NCBI GenBank assembly: GCA_965216325.1
Contig: OZ244160.1
Coordinates: 1 to 64,000 of the forward strand
Reading direction: 5' to 3'
Origin: Coraliomargarita sp.
Lineage (GTDB): Bacteria > Verrucomicrobiota > Verrucomicrobiia > Opitutales > Coraliomargaritaceae
DNA length: 64,000 bases
Below, in pieces: positions 18,812 through 32,390 of this stretch. Both the position numbers and the translations under genes were made by a program. The notes under the pieces are model-generated. The model was given only the letters and a program-made list of their open reading frames with translations. It had not been told where the DNA came from and ran no database searches. The stretch's first letter is position 1. Each line of letters starts with the position of its first letter.

Positions 18812-20359
18812 ATGGCACCTCAACGCACACCCCAAAAGCTGGCATTCACGCTCCTTCTCGCAGCGTTGAGCAGCTGTGCGCTCGTAGCTGAGGCAGGGTT
18901 TACTTCGCTGTTTAATGGTACGAGCCTGAAAGGGTGGACTGGCGATCCGAAGTTTTGGCGAGTTGAAAATGGAGCCATTGTTGGGGAGACCACTGCGGAG
19001 AATCCGACCAAAGGGAATACATTCTTGATTTGGGAAGGCGGCGAGGTGGCTGACTTTGAGTTGAAGGTCGAATTCAAGCTGCGCAACCACAATAGCGGTA
19101 TCCAATACCGCAGTTTTCCAATCGAAGGGAAGCGGTGGACAGTCGGAGGCTACCAAGCGGACATTGCTGAGGATTCAAAGTGGATGGGGGCTGCATGGGG
19201 CGAGCACTATAAGGGCGTTCTAGCGGCGCCAGGCGAGAAGACCATCGTTGGCAGAACGCCAGCTGATAAGCAAGTGCTTGGCTATGTGGGGGACGCCAGC
19301 GAAATTCAGTCGACCATCGATTTGAATGGATGGAATGAGTATCACATCATCGCGCGCGGGAATCAGTGTATTCAAAAGATTAATGGAGTGATTACGGCCG
19401 AGTTCTCCGAGTCAGTTGAGAATCCTTTAAAGTCGGGTTTGATCGCGTTGCAGTTGCATTCAGGGCCGGCGATGCAAGTAAGTTTCCGAAATATTCTGCT
19501 GCGTAAATTGGAGGATACGGACAAAAAAGAAATCCTCTTTCTAGCGGGCAAGAAGAGTCACGGTTACAATGCGCACGAGCACAATGCCGGCTGTTTATTG
19601 CTGGCGCGTTGTCTGAATGAAAGTGGTCTGGATGTGGCAGCTCAAGTCGTTCCTGAGGCTGCGTGGCCCGAACCATGGATCGGCTATCAGCAGCCAGACA
19701 CGGTGGTGATGTATTGCGACGGCTTTAGTCGCCACATGGCGAAAGATCATCAGGACAAAATTCAGTCTCTGGTAGATCGTGGCGTCGGGGTCGCTTGCTT
19801 GCACTTTGGGGTCGAGGTCAAGCCTGATGAGCTTGGCCAAGAGTTTTTGGATTGGATTGGTGGCTATTTTGAAATCGGTTGGTCAGTCAATCCCACCTGG
19901 GAGGCCAGCTATGCTGAATTTCCTGATCATACCATCGCCAATGGCGTTCAGCCGTTTACGATTCGAGACGAGTGGTATTACCACATGCGCTTCCAGCCAG
20001 AGATGGCGGGGGTGACTCCGATCCTTTCGACACTGCCGCCGTTGCGCACCTTGACCTCGCGTGTCAAGGATACCAATCGTGGGAGTAATCCGACTGTGCT
20101 AGCGGCGGTTGAAGCAGGCGAGAAGCAGCACATGGCCTGGGCCTACGAGCGGCCCAGCGGTGGAAGAGGCTTTGGTTTTACGGGGGGGCACTTCCATCAA
20201 AATTGGAAGCAGGATGATTTTCGTAAGCTCGTATTGAATGCCTTGGTGTGGACTGCGCATGGTGACGTGCCTGAAGGGGGAGTGACCTCACGCACGCCAA
20301 GTGAACTCGATATGGAGCTGAATCAGGACTTTCCTGAACGTAAGCCAAAGAACCAATAA
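18812..20359 (+). CDS. Secreted DUF1080 (3-keto-disaccharide hydrolase-like) + ThuA-like fusion protein
   Basis: Signal peptide; SLFNG..L.GW, NSGIQYRS, GYQADI, IALQLH; then SHG..HEH, DEWYY, GFTGGH. Confidence 0.82.
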   Translation: MAPQRTPQKLAFTLLLAALSSCALVAEAGFTSLFNGTSLKGWTGDPKFWRVENGAIVGETTAENPTKGNTFLIWEGGEVADFELKVEFKLRNHNSGIQYRSFPIEGKRWTVGGYQADIAEDSKWMGAAWGEHYKGVLAAPGEKTIVGRTPADKQVLGYVGDASEIQSTIDLNGWNEYHIIARGNQCIQKINGVITAEFSESVENPLKSGLIALQLHSGPAMQVSFRNILLRKLEDTDKKEILFLAGKKSHGYNAHEHNAGCLLLARCLNESGLDVAAQVVPEAAWPEPWIGYQQPDTVVMYCDGFSRHMAKDHQDKIQSLVDRGVGVACLHFGVEVKPDELGQEFLDWIGGYFEIGWSVNPTWEASYAEFPDHTIANGVQPFTIRDEWYYHMRFQPEMAGVTPILSTLPPLRTLTSRVKDTNRGSNPTVLAAVEAGEKQHMAWAYERPSGGRGFGFTGGHFHQNWKQDDFRKLVLNALVWTAHGDVPEGGVTSRTPSELDMELNQDFPERKPKNQ

Positions 20360-20378
20360 CTTTTACAAAGATTAGATT

Positions 20379-21167
20379 ATGATGCGTTACCTAAAGAAAT
20401 TATCCACCTTGGCTGCTGTATGTGGCTTGGCTAGTGTCGCCGGAGCAGCACAGCCGCAGATGAAGGCACTCCTGGTTACCGGTGGGTGTTGCCACGATTA
20501 TGATGAGCAGCGCTCGATCTTACCCATGGCGGTTGATCTGCATTCAAAATTGAATGTTGAATGGACCATCTATCACCAGCGCACTAAAGCGAGTGATCGT
20601 TTGCTCGAGCTTTACAGAAACCCGGACTGGGCGAAGGGCTATGATGTGGTGGTGCACAACGAGTGCTTTGCGAATGTGGGTAAGAATAATGAGGACTTCA
20701 TTGAAAGTATTTTGAAACCACACCGTGAGGGTGTTCCGGCTGTGTTGGTGCATTGCTCCATGCACTCTTATCGCACGGGCACGAATGCTGAGGACTGGTG
20801 GGAGTTCTGTGGTTTGTATACCAAGCGCCACGGGCCGCATCATGCCTTCGAAGTCCAAATCACTGCGCCGGATCATGAGATTATGCAGGGGCTCTCGAAT
20901 TGGAAGACTCCCAAGGGCGAACTTTACTTCATTGAGAAGACCTATCCGGGGATGACGCCGCTGGCTGAATCGAAGTCCGACATGACCGGCGAGATGCATA
21001 CCAATATTTGGGTCAATGCATATGGCCCCAATAAAACGCGTGTCTTTGCCACCACAATTGGCCACCACAACGAAACCATGCTGCAGGAGCAATACATGGA
21101 AATGTTTACCCGTGGCTTCCTCTGGGCTGCCGGAAAGCCGGTCGCTGAAAACCTGAAAACCAAATAA
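20379..21167 (+). CDS. Secreted ThuA-like domain protein
   Basis: Signal peptide; [33 protein letters not shown]. Confidence 0.8.
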   Translation: MMRYLKKLSTLAAVCGLASVAGAAQPQMKALLVTGGCCHDYDEQRSILPMAVDLHSKLNVEWTIYHQRTKASDRLLELYRNPDWAKGYDVVVHNECFANVGKNNEDFIESILKPHREGVPAVLVHCSMHSYRTGTNAEDWWEFCGLYTKRHGPHHAFEVQITAPDHEIMQGLSNWKTPKGELYFIEKTYPGMTPLAESKSDMTGEMHTNIWVNAYGPNKTRVFATTIGHHNETMLQEQYMEMFTRGFLWAAGKPVAENLKTK

Positions 21168-21193
21168 GTACCTCGTTCACTTTTCTGATTACT

Positions 21194-22486
21194 ATGAAAC
21201 ACTTCTCACGTCGCGATTTTGTTAAAGCAGCAGCCGTTAGCACCGCTGCAGTATCTACTTTCAATATTCTTGGCGCACAGACTGCGACCGGACTCAACAC
21301 CAGAAAAATCAAGGTTGGCTTGATTGGTTGTGGCGGACGCGGAAACGGTGCGCTGAATAATTTCATTGAGGCAGCGAAGCTACTTGGCATTGAGGTCGAA
21401 GTCGTCGCCATTGCAGATGCCTTTCAAGATCGAGTGCAAGGCACTGCGCGTAATCATGGCTTGGATGCCTCAAAAGTGCACTACGGCTTTGATGCCTATC
21501 AGAAGGTTGCCAACTCCGATGCTGAAGTGGTCCTGATGGCGACGCCTCCGAACTTCCGTCCCGTGCACTTCGAAGCCTGTGTCAATGCGGGCAAGCACTG
21601 CTTTATTGAGAAGCCGGTTGCCGTCGACGCTCCGGGTGCTCGCAAAGTCATTGCGGTTGGTGAACTCGCCAAACAAAAGGGACTGACTGTAGTTGCTGGC
21701 ACGCAGCGCCGTCACCAGCAGAACTATCTTGAGTTGGTATCCAAGGTGCAGGCTGGTGCCATCGGTGAAATCGTCGGGGGTGTCATTTCCTGGAATATGG
21801 GCACACTCTGGAAGTCACTGCGCAAGCCGGGTATGAGCAATGCCGAGTTCCTCACGCGGAACTGGCTGAACTTTACCGAACTCTCTGGTGATCACATTGT
21901 TGAACAGCATGTGCACCAGCTCGACGTTACAAACTGGTTGATGGGCCGTCCGCCGCGTGCCTTTGTCGGCTTTGGTGGTTGTGCGCGCCGCGAAATTGCG
22001 GGTGGCAATCAGTTTGATTTCTTCAGTGTCGATATGGACTACGGCGATGGCATTCATATCCACAGTCAGTGCCGTCAAATCGCGGGTTGCTACAATCGTG
22101 TGGGCGAGAGCTTTCGTGGCACAGAAGGGCATACCAGTGGCGTGCGTGTGATTGGCAAGGACGTGCAGGTGGATCCCATCAAAGTCGATCACAGCTCGGG
22201 CATGGTGCAAGAGCACGTTGATCTGCTCAAGAGTGTGCGTGGTCAGGGCGAGCCCCTGAATCGTTCACGTGAAGTGGCGGATGCGACACTCTGTGCAATC
22301 GGCGGACGTATTGCAGCCTATACCGGCAAGCTCGTGCGCTGGGTCGACCTGACCCAGAATACCAAGTCTGAGTTCTACAACCTGGCGCTCGCGCCGACAG
22401 CGCTCGATTTTGAAAAGGGCGAGGTCGCGATGCCCAATGAATTGCCGGCTGTGCCCGGCGTCGAGCAGGACTGGCATGCTCGCTAG
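21194..22486 (+). CDS. Tat-exported Gfo/Idh/MocA oxidoreductase
   Basis: SRRDFVK, GCGGRG, EKP, GTQRR, EQHVH. Confidence 0.9.
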   Translation: MKHFSRRDFVKAAAVSTAAVSTFNILGAQTATGLNTRKIKVGLIGCGGRGNGALNNFIEAAKLLGIEVEVVAIADAFQDRVQGTARNHGLDASKVHYGFDAYQKVANSDAEVVLMATPPNFRPVHFEACVNAGKHCFIEKPVAVDAPGARKVIAVGELAKQKGLTVVAGTQRRHQQNYLELVSKVQAGAIGEIVGGVISWNMGTLWKSLRKPGMSNAEFLTRNWLNFTELSGDHIVEQHVHQLDVTNWLMGRPPRAFVGFGGCARREIAGGNQFDFFSVDMDYGDGIHIHSQCRQIAGCYNRVGESFRGTEGHTSGVRVIGKDVQVDPIKVDHSSGMVQEHVDLLKSVRGQGEPLNRSREVADATLCAIGGRIAAYTGKLVRWVDLTQNTKSEFYNLALAPTALDFEKGEVAMPNELPAVPGVEQDWHAR

Positions 22487-22523
22487 GAGATGAATGATCT
22501 GATACCATTGAACTCTTACGTCT

Positions 22524-23882
22524 ATGAAATCGGATAAATTACAACGTCGTAAATTTCTACGCTCCGGTGCGCTTGCAGGCGCCGGTCTAATGATCATGCC
22601 GACGGGCTCGCTGTTTGGTGCGACGAGTGCCAACAATCGTCTGAATATTGCCCTGATCGGTGCCTATGGGCGCGCGCAGCAGCACTATGGATGGCTCAAG
22701 GGGGAGAATGTCGTCGCAGTGTGTGATGTGAATCAACTCTGCTTGCCGCATGCCCTGAAGGCGTTCCCCAAGGCAACGGTCTATGAAGACTGGCGCAAGG
22801 CGCTTGATCACCCTGGTCTAGACGCGGTGGTCTGCTGCACTCCGGATCACACTCATGCCTTTATTGCGAATTGGGCAATGAATCGGGATCTGCACATCTA
22901 CATGGAGAAGCCGATTGCGATTACCGTGCAGGAGGCACGCTCCGTGCGTGAAAAGTATTTAAGCAAGAAAGGGAAACTAGCCACGCAGGTTGGGATGCAA
23001 CGTCATGCCAACCCGAATTTTAATCGCCTGCGTGAAACCATCCAAGATGGTGCCGTGGGTGAGCTGAAAGAAGTGTATGTCTGGGGCAATCGTCAGATTC
23101 CTAGGCCCGGCTACCTCGCGGGAGGCCATAAGGTGCCCTCCACTTTGAACTGGGATCTTTGGCTAGGGCCGTCGCCTGAGCACCCCTACAACCCGGGCTA
23201 TGTCGATGTTAACCGCGGGCCTGGATCCAATTGCCTGAATTGGAACATGTATTGGGATTTTGGTATCGGCCAGATGGGGGATATGGGAAGCCATACTATG
23301 GACCTCGCGTGGAATGTGCTTGATGCCGATTTGCCAACGAGTGTGAAGTCCAAGTCTCCGGAGGCGCTGAATCCGGATGTCACTCCCGTCAACCTCACGA
23401 CGAGCTTCATGCTGCCTGCAAATGATTGGCGTCAAGAGGTTCGTTGCACCTGGTTCCAGGGCGGAGCCATGCCGAGCTCACCGAGCAAGTGGGTGGATCT
23501 CAATCGCATTGGCCATGGCGCCATGTTTAAAGGCGACAAAGGTTTCGTGATCGCTGATTTCAATAATCGTATTATTCTGCCAAGTGGTCGTGACGGGAAT
23601 ATGTCCTACTTTAAGCCACGTGCTGAAAAGGAATTGATTGCGGACCTTGGCCACTTTCAGCACCAGTGGACTAATGCTGCAAAGGGTGGAAAGCCTGAAG
23701 CAACGTCGTGCAATTTTGAATACAGCGCGAATATGATTGAGAATATGTGCCTCGGGCTGGCTGCGTATCGTGCTGGTGGCGAACTCGAGTACGATGGCGC
23801 CAAAGGCGTGATCACCAACAATTCCTCTGCAAACGAGTATCTGTCGAAGCCATACCGTAAAGGATGGACTTTGAACGGATAG
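22524..23882 (+). CDS. Tat-exported Gfo/Idh/MocA oxidoreductase
   Basis: QRRKFL, TPDHTH, EKP, WDLWLGP, GDMGSH. Confidence 0.9.
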   Translation: MKSDKLQRRKFLRSGALAGAGLMIMPTGSLFGATSANNRLNIALIGAYGRAQQHYGWLKGENVVAVCDVNQLCLPHALKAFPKATVYEDWRKALDHPGLDAVVCCTPDHTHAFIANWAMNRDLHIYMEKPIAITVQEARSVREKYLSKKGKLATQVGMQRHANPNFNRLRETIQDGAVGELKEVYVWGNRQIPRPGYLAGGHKVPSTLNWDLWLGPSPEHPYNPGYVDVNRGPGSNCLNWNMYWDFGIGQMGDMGSHTMDLAWNVLDADLPTSVKSKSPEALNPDVTPVNLTTSFMLPANDWRQEVRCTWFQGGAMPSSPSKWVDLNRIGHGAMFKGDKGFVIADFNNRIILPSGRDGNMSYFKPRAEKELIADLGHFQHQWTNAAKGGKPEATSCNFEYSANMIENMCLGLAAYRAGGELEYDGAKGVITNNSSANEYLSKPYRKGWTLNG

Positions 23883-23969
23883 GTTTGTGAGGGTTGGCAA
23901 CCTCTAGTATGAGTAGCTCGGTGCGTGCATCGGGCTCTTCTCATACTTAGCTCTTCGACGTCCAAAACT

Positions 23970-25508
23970 ATGAATTGTAAATGCAAACTCGCACTGGTGA
24001 TAGCTCTGTTCACCCATTTGGTAGCGGCCGCTACCAAACCTAATGTTGTTATTCTTTACGGAGACGATGTCGGTTTTGCGGATATTGGGGTCAATGGCTC
24101 CAAGTTGATCCCAACTCCTCATATCGATCAGCTTGCGGCGGAGGGGATCAATTTTGTGGACGGCCACTGTCCGGCGGCAACCTGTTCTGCTTCGCGTTAT
24201 GCGATGCTTACCGGGCGCCTGGCATTGCGAAAAAATGTGAAGATTATCAGTCCGACCGGAGGCATGCCGATCACAGTGGAGGACTATACCTTGCCAAAGC
24301 TGTTTCAGGATGCCGGTTATGCGACTGCGGTTATCGGGAAATGGCACCTTGGCCTCGGAGTGCCGGGCGAGACGATTGATTGGAATGGCGACGTGAAGCC
24401 CGGTCCTCTGGAAATCGGTTTTGATTACTCTTTCCTGGTTCCTAGCACGAACGATCGTGTGCCCTGCGTGTATCTTGAGAATCACCGTGTAGTGGGTTTG
24501 GATCCCGCTGATCCGATCTCAATCGGCAAACGTATCAGCCCCGATCAGACTGGATATCCCGATGGCCGTAAGAATCCGGAGGCCATGACCTATTACCCCA
24601 ACACGCACGGACACAATCATTCCGTCATCAATGGTATTGGCCGTATTGGTGTGATGTATGGAGGCAAGAGTGCGCTTTGGAATGACGAGACAATGGGTGA
24701 TGTCTTTCTGGAAAAGACGGAGCAATGGTTGGATGGACATTTCGCCAAGAATGCCGATCAGCCCTTCTTTCTATTCCTTCCTTCGCAAATGATCCACGTG
24801 CCGCGCACGCCGCACCCACGCTTTCAAGGGGCGACCACACTTGGTTACCGTGGGGACGCGATGGTGGAATACGACCACTCGGTCGGCGCTGTGCGGGAGA
24901 TGCTGGAGGCACGCGGCTTGACCGGGAATACGATCATTATCTTCTCATCGGATAATGGCCCGGTCTATGACGACGGTTACGCCGACGGCACGACGGTGAA
25001 AACGTCCCAGAAAGAGGTTGATCGAGGCCACGATGGCTCCGGACCGTATCGCGGTGGCAAATATCAGATCTATGAAGGCGGCACGCGTGTGCCGTTCATC
25101 GTCACATGGCCTGGCGCGATCAAGCCGGGCACTTCGACGGCTTTGGTGAGCCACACAGATTTTCTTCGCTCCTTTGCCCAACTCTTGGATATCGACTTAC
25201 CTGAGGGCGCGGCCCCCGATGGACTCAATTCGATGGATGCCTTGCTCGGCAAGGGCGAGAGCAACCGTTACCTCATTCAGGAAACCGGCCACAACCTCGC
25301 GCTGCGTGATGGTGATTGGAAACTCATCCGCTTTGGGAGTTTGAAGGCGAAGAACAAAGTAAAATATTCCCTGTTTAACCTCGCGGAGGACATTGGTGAA
25401 CAAAACAACATCCTTGAGCAGAACCCCGAGCGCGCGGATGCGATGAAGGGCCTTCTTGATGCGATCTACGAAGGTCAGCCTGTGAGCGAAGTTCTGGCAA
25501 ACCAGTAG
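23970..25508 (+). CDS. Secreted S1 sulfatase
   Basis: KPNVV..DD, CSASR..LTG, GKWHLG, SDNG, GGTRVP. Confidence 0.93.
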   Translation: MNCKCKLALVIALFTHLVAAATKPNVVILYGDDVGFADIGVNGSKLIPTPHIDQLAAEGINFVDGHCPAATCSASRYAMLTGRLALRKNVKIISPTGGMPITVEDYTLPKLFQDAGYATAVIGKWHLGLGVPGETIDWNGDVKPGPLEIGFDYSFLVPSTNDRVPCVYLENHRVVGLDPADPISIGKRISPDQTGYPDGRKNPEAMTYYPNTHGHNHSVINGIGRIGVMYGGKSALWNDETMGDVFLEKTEQWLDGHFAKNADQPFFLFLPSQMIHVPRTPHPRFQGATTLGYRGDAMVEYDHSVGAVREMLEARGLTGNTIIIFSSDNGPVYDDGYADGTTVKTSQKEVDRGHDGSGPYRGGKYQIYEGGTRVPFIVTWPGAIKPGTSTALVSHTDFLRSFAQLLDIDLPEGAAPDGLNSMDALLGKGESNRYLIQETGHNLALRDGDWKLIRFGSLKAKNKVKYSLFNLAEDIGEQNNILEQNPERADAMKGLLDAIYEGQPVSEVLANQ

Positions 25509-25515
25509 GGAGCAT

Positions 25516-27042
25516 GTGATGAAACATTCATTGAGAACCCTCTGTTTTTTGCTCGGTCTGCCGTTTGCTGTCTTTGCCGCCGCAAAGCCCAATGTGATCG
25601 TCTTTTTGGTCGATGATATGGGTTTGATGGACAGCTCGGTGCCATTTTTAGCTGACGAGAACGGTAAGCCGGTTGTGCACCCGCTCAATGAGTTCTACCG
25701 CACACCCTCCATGCAGCGGTTGGCGGATAAGGGAATCCGCTTTAGTGATTTCTACGCGCACTCAGTTTGCTCGCCAACACGGGCGTCCATCATGAATGGT
25801 CAGAATTCTGCGCGCCATATGACCACTCAGTGGATCCGGCCTACGGGTAAGAATACGGGCACAAACGGTCCGGAGGCTTGGAATTGGCAAGGCCTCAAGT
25901 CCGGTGACGTGACGATCCCGAGTTTGTTGAAACAGGTCGGTTATCAGACCATCTTCATCGGCAAGGCGCATTTCGGGCCGCTCAACAGTGAGGGCGCCGA
26001 TCCCCTTAACCTTGGGTTTGATGTCAATATAGGAGGTGCCCCCTGGGGGCGGCCGAAAAGTTATTATGGACGCGATCACTACGGCAACCATCCAAAATAT
26101 CAGAAAGGCAAACAGGCCGTGACGCACAATGTGCCGCATTTGGAGAAATACTACGACGATGATGTCTTTCTCTCCGAGGCGCTGACCCTTGAGGCAAAGT
26201 TGGAGATTGATAAGGCCGTCGCGGCGAATGAACCGTTTTATCTGCAAATGTCGCACTATGCCGTGCACAGCCCATTTCAGTCGGATCCACGCTTTGCGAA
26301 GAACTATGTTAATTCCGGGGTGAGTCAAAGCGCTCAGGCCTATGCGACCCTGATCGAAGGGATGGATAAATCACTGGGTGATTTGATGGATCACTTGGAA
26401 GCCAAGGGAGTTGCGGACAATACCCTGATTTTCTTCCTTGGTGACAATGGTGGTGACGCACCGCTCGGTAATCCGAACGACATTGCCTGTAGTGCACCGC
26501 TCCGCGGCAAGAAGGCAACCCGCTGGGAAGGCGGTATTCGGGTTCCTTTTATTGCGGCTTGGGCTGCTTCCGATGCAGACAATGCATGGCAGCAGAAACT
26601 GCCGATTCCAGCCGGTACCATGAATACCGAGATGGGTGTGTGCTATGACCTGCTACCAACCATCATGGATTTGGTCGATGCGCCAGTGCCATCTGATCAT
26701 GCACTTGACGGGCAAAACCTCCGCTTGCGCTTACTTGGTGGCAGCGATGCAGCCTATCAGAATAAGTTTCTTTCTCACTTTCCCCATTCGCACCGCAACG
26801 AGTATTTTACGAGCTACCGTTTGGATGACTGGAAAGTGATTTATACCTTCAACCCGGAGAGTGGGGTTCCAGACTACCAGCTTTTTGAGCTGAGCAAAGA
26901 TCCCAGCGAGTCCAACAATCTTGCCCAATCGAATCCTGAGAAGCTAAGCTCAATGCTCAAAGCCATGCAACAGGAAATGCAATCCATGGGAGCTCTCTAT
27001 CCGCAGAAGAATGGTCAAGCTATGGAGCTGATCATTCAGTAA
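25516..27042 (+). CDS. Secreted S1 sulfatase
   Basis: KPNVI..DD, CSPTR, GKAHFG, HYAVH, GDNG, GGIRVP. Confidence 0.93.
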   Translation: MMKHSLRTLCFLLGLPFAVFAAAKPNVIVFLVDDMGLMDSSVPFLADENGKPVVHPLNEFYRTPSMQRLADKGIRFSDFYAHSVCSPTRASIMNGQNSARHMTTQWIRPTGKNTGTNGPEAWNWQGLKSGDVTIPSLLKQVGYQTIFIGKAHFGPLNSEGADPLNLGFDVNIGGAPWGRPKSYYGRDHYGNHPKYQKGKQAVTHNVPHLEKYYDDDVFLSEALTLEAKLEIDKAVAANEPFYLQMSHYAVHSPFQSDPRFAKNYVNSGVSQSAQAYATLIEGMDKSLGDLMDHLEAKGVADNTLIFFLGDNGGDAPLGNPNDIACSAPLRGKKATRWEGGIRVPFIAAWAASDADNAWQQKLPIPAGTMNTEMGVCYDLLPTIMDLVDAPVPSDHALDGQNLRLRLLGGSDAAYQNKFLSHFPHSHRNEYFTSYRLDDWKVIYTFNPESGVPDYQLFELSKDPSESNNLAQSNPEKLSSMLKAMQQEMQSMGALYPQKNGQAMELIIQ

Positions 27043-27055
27043 GTTTAGTTCATCC

Positions 27056-28039
27056 ATGAAGCAAGGAATCCTATTATTTATTACCTTCCTATTCGCAGCG
27101 GGTATGAGTTCCGCGTCCATGCCAAACGTCATTTACATTCTCGCCGATGATCTGGGCATGGGCGATCTCGGTTGCTATGGGCAACAGAAACTCAAGACGC
27201 CCAATATCGACCGATTGGCAGAGGAGGGAATGCGCTTCAGTGATCACTATTCGGGTAATACGGTCTGCTCGCCATCACGCGCGGTGTTGATGACGGCCTA
27301 ACACCCGGGCCGCGTGCATTGTCGGGGCAATGGCCACGAGAATGGTTTCGCACTCGATCCGGCAATGATCACCTTGCCGCGTTTGTTTAAAAATGCGGGC
27401 TACCTTACGGGGGCTTATGGGAAATGGGGTTTGGGGCAAACACACCTCAAGGGCGCGCCGAATCCACTCACCCATGGTTTTGACCACTTCACAGGCTGGA
27501 AGAACCAGAGCATTGCGCACACTTACTATCCGGAGACCTTGGTGCGCGACGGTGTGGAAGTGCCGATGGAGGCGGGTAGCTTCGTCCACGATTTGATCAT
27601 GGCAGATGCTTTTGAGTTCGTGCGCCGCAGTGTTGAAGCGGGGAAGCCTTTCTTCTGTTATATCCCCACGGCTGTGCCGCATGCGGCGATGCATGCTCCC
27701 AAGGAACTGCACGAAAAATGGCGCAAGGTGTATCCGGAGTGGGACCATCGTATTGGCAAGTATGGAGCCGGTCCTGGGGTGCCTTGTCCGGACGTGGTCA
27801 ACCTGATTGCAGGCTTTGCGGCCATGATGGAGAATTTGGATACTCAAATCGGCGAGCTGTTGGAATTGTTGCAGCAGCTTGGCATCGATGAGACTACCAT
27901 CGTGCTCTTCGCCAGCGATAATGGTGCGCACCGCGAAGGCGGGCATGATCCGGACTTCTGGGATTCGAATGGCCCGCTGCGTGGCATTAAGCGCGATCTT
28001 TACGAAGGCGGCATCCGATCAGTAATAGGGACAGGCTAA
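27056..28039 (+). pseudogene. S1 sulfatase pseudogene
   Basis: CSPSR motif, in-frame TAA at 27299-27301, frame continues (GKWG, SDNG, LYEGGIR) and is cut at about 28017 by the transposase-associated sequence. Confidence 0.88.
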
Positions 28040-28224
28040 AAGTAGCAGGTTGAGTTGCGTCTTTTTTAGCAGTGGTTATGCTGTTTTTATGCGACAGCGA
28101 CGACTCAAGGTCGGTGGACGGATCAGTAATAGGGACAGGCTAAAAGTAGCAGGTTGAGTTGCGCCTTTTTTAGCAGTGGTTATGCTGTTTTTATGCGACA
28201 GCGACGACTCAAGGTCGGTGGACG
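28017..28224 (+). repeat. 104-bp tandem duplication of the transposase left flank and 5' end
   Basis: 28017-28120 equals 28121-28224 with one mismatch seen (gcgtct/gcgcct); both start gatcagtaatagggacagg. Confidence 0.95.
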
Positions 28225-29173
28225 GGAAGCGATCTATCACTGCATGACTCGCACCGTGAATGGTGAGCTTCTCTTTAAGGATAGAGAGAAAGAGATGCTC
28301 CGGAAGATGATGCACATAGTTGCAGACTTTTGTGGGGTGCAGGTGCTCACATTCTGCATTATGTCAAATCATTTTCACGTGCTCGTGAAAGTGCCAGCCT
28401 CACCGAGAGTATCTGATCAAGAACTGATGCGGCGTTATCGGGTGCTGTATCCGAAACCGACGAAATATCAGGCTGAATCTGCGAAACAGATGGAGCTGAC
28501 GCTATCTGATGGCGGCGAGGATGCGGAAGTGATTCGTGCGAAGTTGTTGGCCCGAATGGCGGATGTCTCGGAGTTTATGAAGGCGCTGAAACAGCGCTTC
28601 TCGGTCTGGTATAATCGTAGTCACCGTCGTTATGGAACTCTCTGGGCGGAGCGCTTCAAGTCGGTCTTGGTGGAAGGCGAGGGCAATGCCTTGCAAACCA
28701 TGGCGGCCTATATCGATCTGAACCCTGTCCGGGCGGGATTAGTCGAGGATCCAAAGGATTACCGTTTCTGTGGCTATGCAGAAGCCGTTGCGGGTGTTGT
28801 GGAGGCTAGGGAGGGCTTGAGGCGTATTTGGGCCGATCATGGGCGGAATTATCTCCAAGCACATCGCACGCTACTTTTCGGCAAGAGTGCGAGCCCATGG
28901 ACACATCACGGCAAAGTGATCAACCGCAAGAAAGCTCTCCAAGTGATCGAGGAGGATGGGGGACAGCTGTCTATAGCTGTGGTGTTGCGCTGCCGTGTAC
29001 GCTATTTCACTGACGGTGCCATTCTGGGTTCGTCAGAGTTTGTGCGTGGCTTTACCGGTGCCTGGCAGCTTGAGCGCAGCCGAAAATATCCTCCGAAGGC
29101 GAATGCACTACGTGGAGCGGATTGGGGGGACTTGTCGGTTCTACGTGGGCTGCGCAGGCAGGTCTTTGGATGA
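28193..29173 (+). mobile_element. REP-associated tyrosine transposase (RAYT)-like Y1/HUH transposase
   Basis: YHCMTR, MSNHFHVLV (HUH), LWAERFKS, YIDLNPVRAG, DY. Confidence 0.85.
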
Positions 29174-29177
29174 TTCA

Positions 29178-31592
<2,415 letters not shown>

Positions 31593-31628
31593 TTAGGCTG
31601 CCTGGGAATGGAATGAAAGAATTAGGTT

Positions 31629-31887
31629 AACTGCAGATGAACGCGGATGGACGCAGATCGCGTTCAAGGTGTTGAGGTGAAGTGTTAGAAGATTTTGGGA
31701 ACCGTTAATTAACGTGAATGAACGTTAATTTTTACGAGGCGTGATGCTTGTCTTTGGGAAGTGATTTTGAGTGAGGTAAATTGTTGGCTCTTGGAGATCT
31801 TACTGACATTGCGTATTCTATGATTAACGTAAATTCACTTTAATTAACGGTTCAAAATTCAGAGCCCATCTGTGTGCATCTGTGGTT
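31629..31887. repeat. Nested inverted repeats
   Basis: Outer arms 31629-31658 / 31868-31887 (CAGAT 10-bp periodic); inner 31-bp arms 31699-31729 / 31823-31853 (3 mismatches). Confidence 0.85.
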
Positions 31888-31888
31888 G

Positions 31889-32044
31889 TTATTCTCCGGT
31901 GCTTGATGTGTGCTCCAGCGGCACGGTCTCGGTTGGGTTTTCCTTGGCGATTTTGATGATCGTGAACCAGGCTGTGGTCACCAGGAGAAAGGCAAGGATC
32001 ACCGGGATCCAGAGGGACCAGCATATTTTCTTTTTCTGACTCAT
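31889..32044 (-). CDS. Small single-TM protein at the ccoH/FixH position
   Basis: MSQKKKICWSLWIPVILAFLLVTTAWF...; lies between ccoG and ccoI. Confidence 0.6.
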   Translation of the reverse strand: MSQKKKICWSLWIPVILAFLLVTTAWFTIIKIAKENPTETVPLEHTSSTGE

Positions 32045-32060
32045 TGCTTCTGTGTGCTGT

Positions 32061-32125
32061 GTAGGGCCTTTGCGTGCAAAGTGCCGTTGCTGCTGTGGGT
32101 GGCGTTGTGCAAGCACGAGCCCTAC
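32061..32125. repeat. GTAG-type REP doublet
   Basis: gtagggc...gccctac termini with internal hairpins. Confidence 0.65.
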
Positions 32126-32171
32126 GAGTTAGATGCTTTGAATATTAAGTGATGTAAGTTTGAACTGGATT

Positions 32172-32294
32172 ACCCCGCCCATCGGTTAAGTCGATGACCT
32201 CCCCTTAGCAGGGGAGGAGCTTTCTAGAATGACGTGGACCCAAAGCTCCCCTCCTTGACGAGGAGGGGTGGATCGCGAAGCGAGACGGGGTGGT
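32172..32294. repeat. CCCCTCC/GGAGGGG-type compound palindrome
   Basis: accccg/cggggt outer stem, cctcccct..aggggagg and cccctcct..aggagggg hairpins, gagcttt/aaagctc. Confidence 0.75.
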
Positions 32295-32304
32295 GCTCGT
32301 TAGC

Positions 32305-32390
32305 CTCTTACTCATAACCTTTTAGATGACGTGTTGTGACGGAAACGGTGGGATTAAGATTAAGATTAAGAGTAGGATTAGGATTAAGAG
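32305..32390. repeat. Hexamer (GATTAA) tandem repeat with degenerate inverted partner
   Basis: ctcttactcataacc ... gattaagattaagattaagagtaggattaggattaagag. Confidence 0.7.

Noticed and set aside
27299..27301. Stop-codon readthrough or recoding in the third sulfatase
   Set aside because: The codon is TAA and the gene is also 3'-truncated, so a pseudogene is simpler; the same applies to the ROK TAA at 49135
28017..28224. Possible CRISPR array
   Set aside because: Only two adjacent 104-bp copies, no spacers and no cas genes
32352..32390. Hexamer tracts as phase-variation SSRs or CRISPR
   Set aside because: Degenerate, intergenic and arranged as inverted pairs; treated as repeat elements instead
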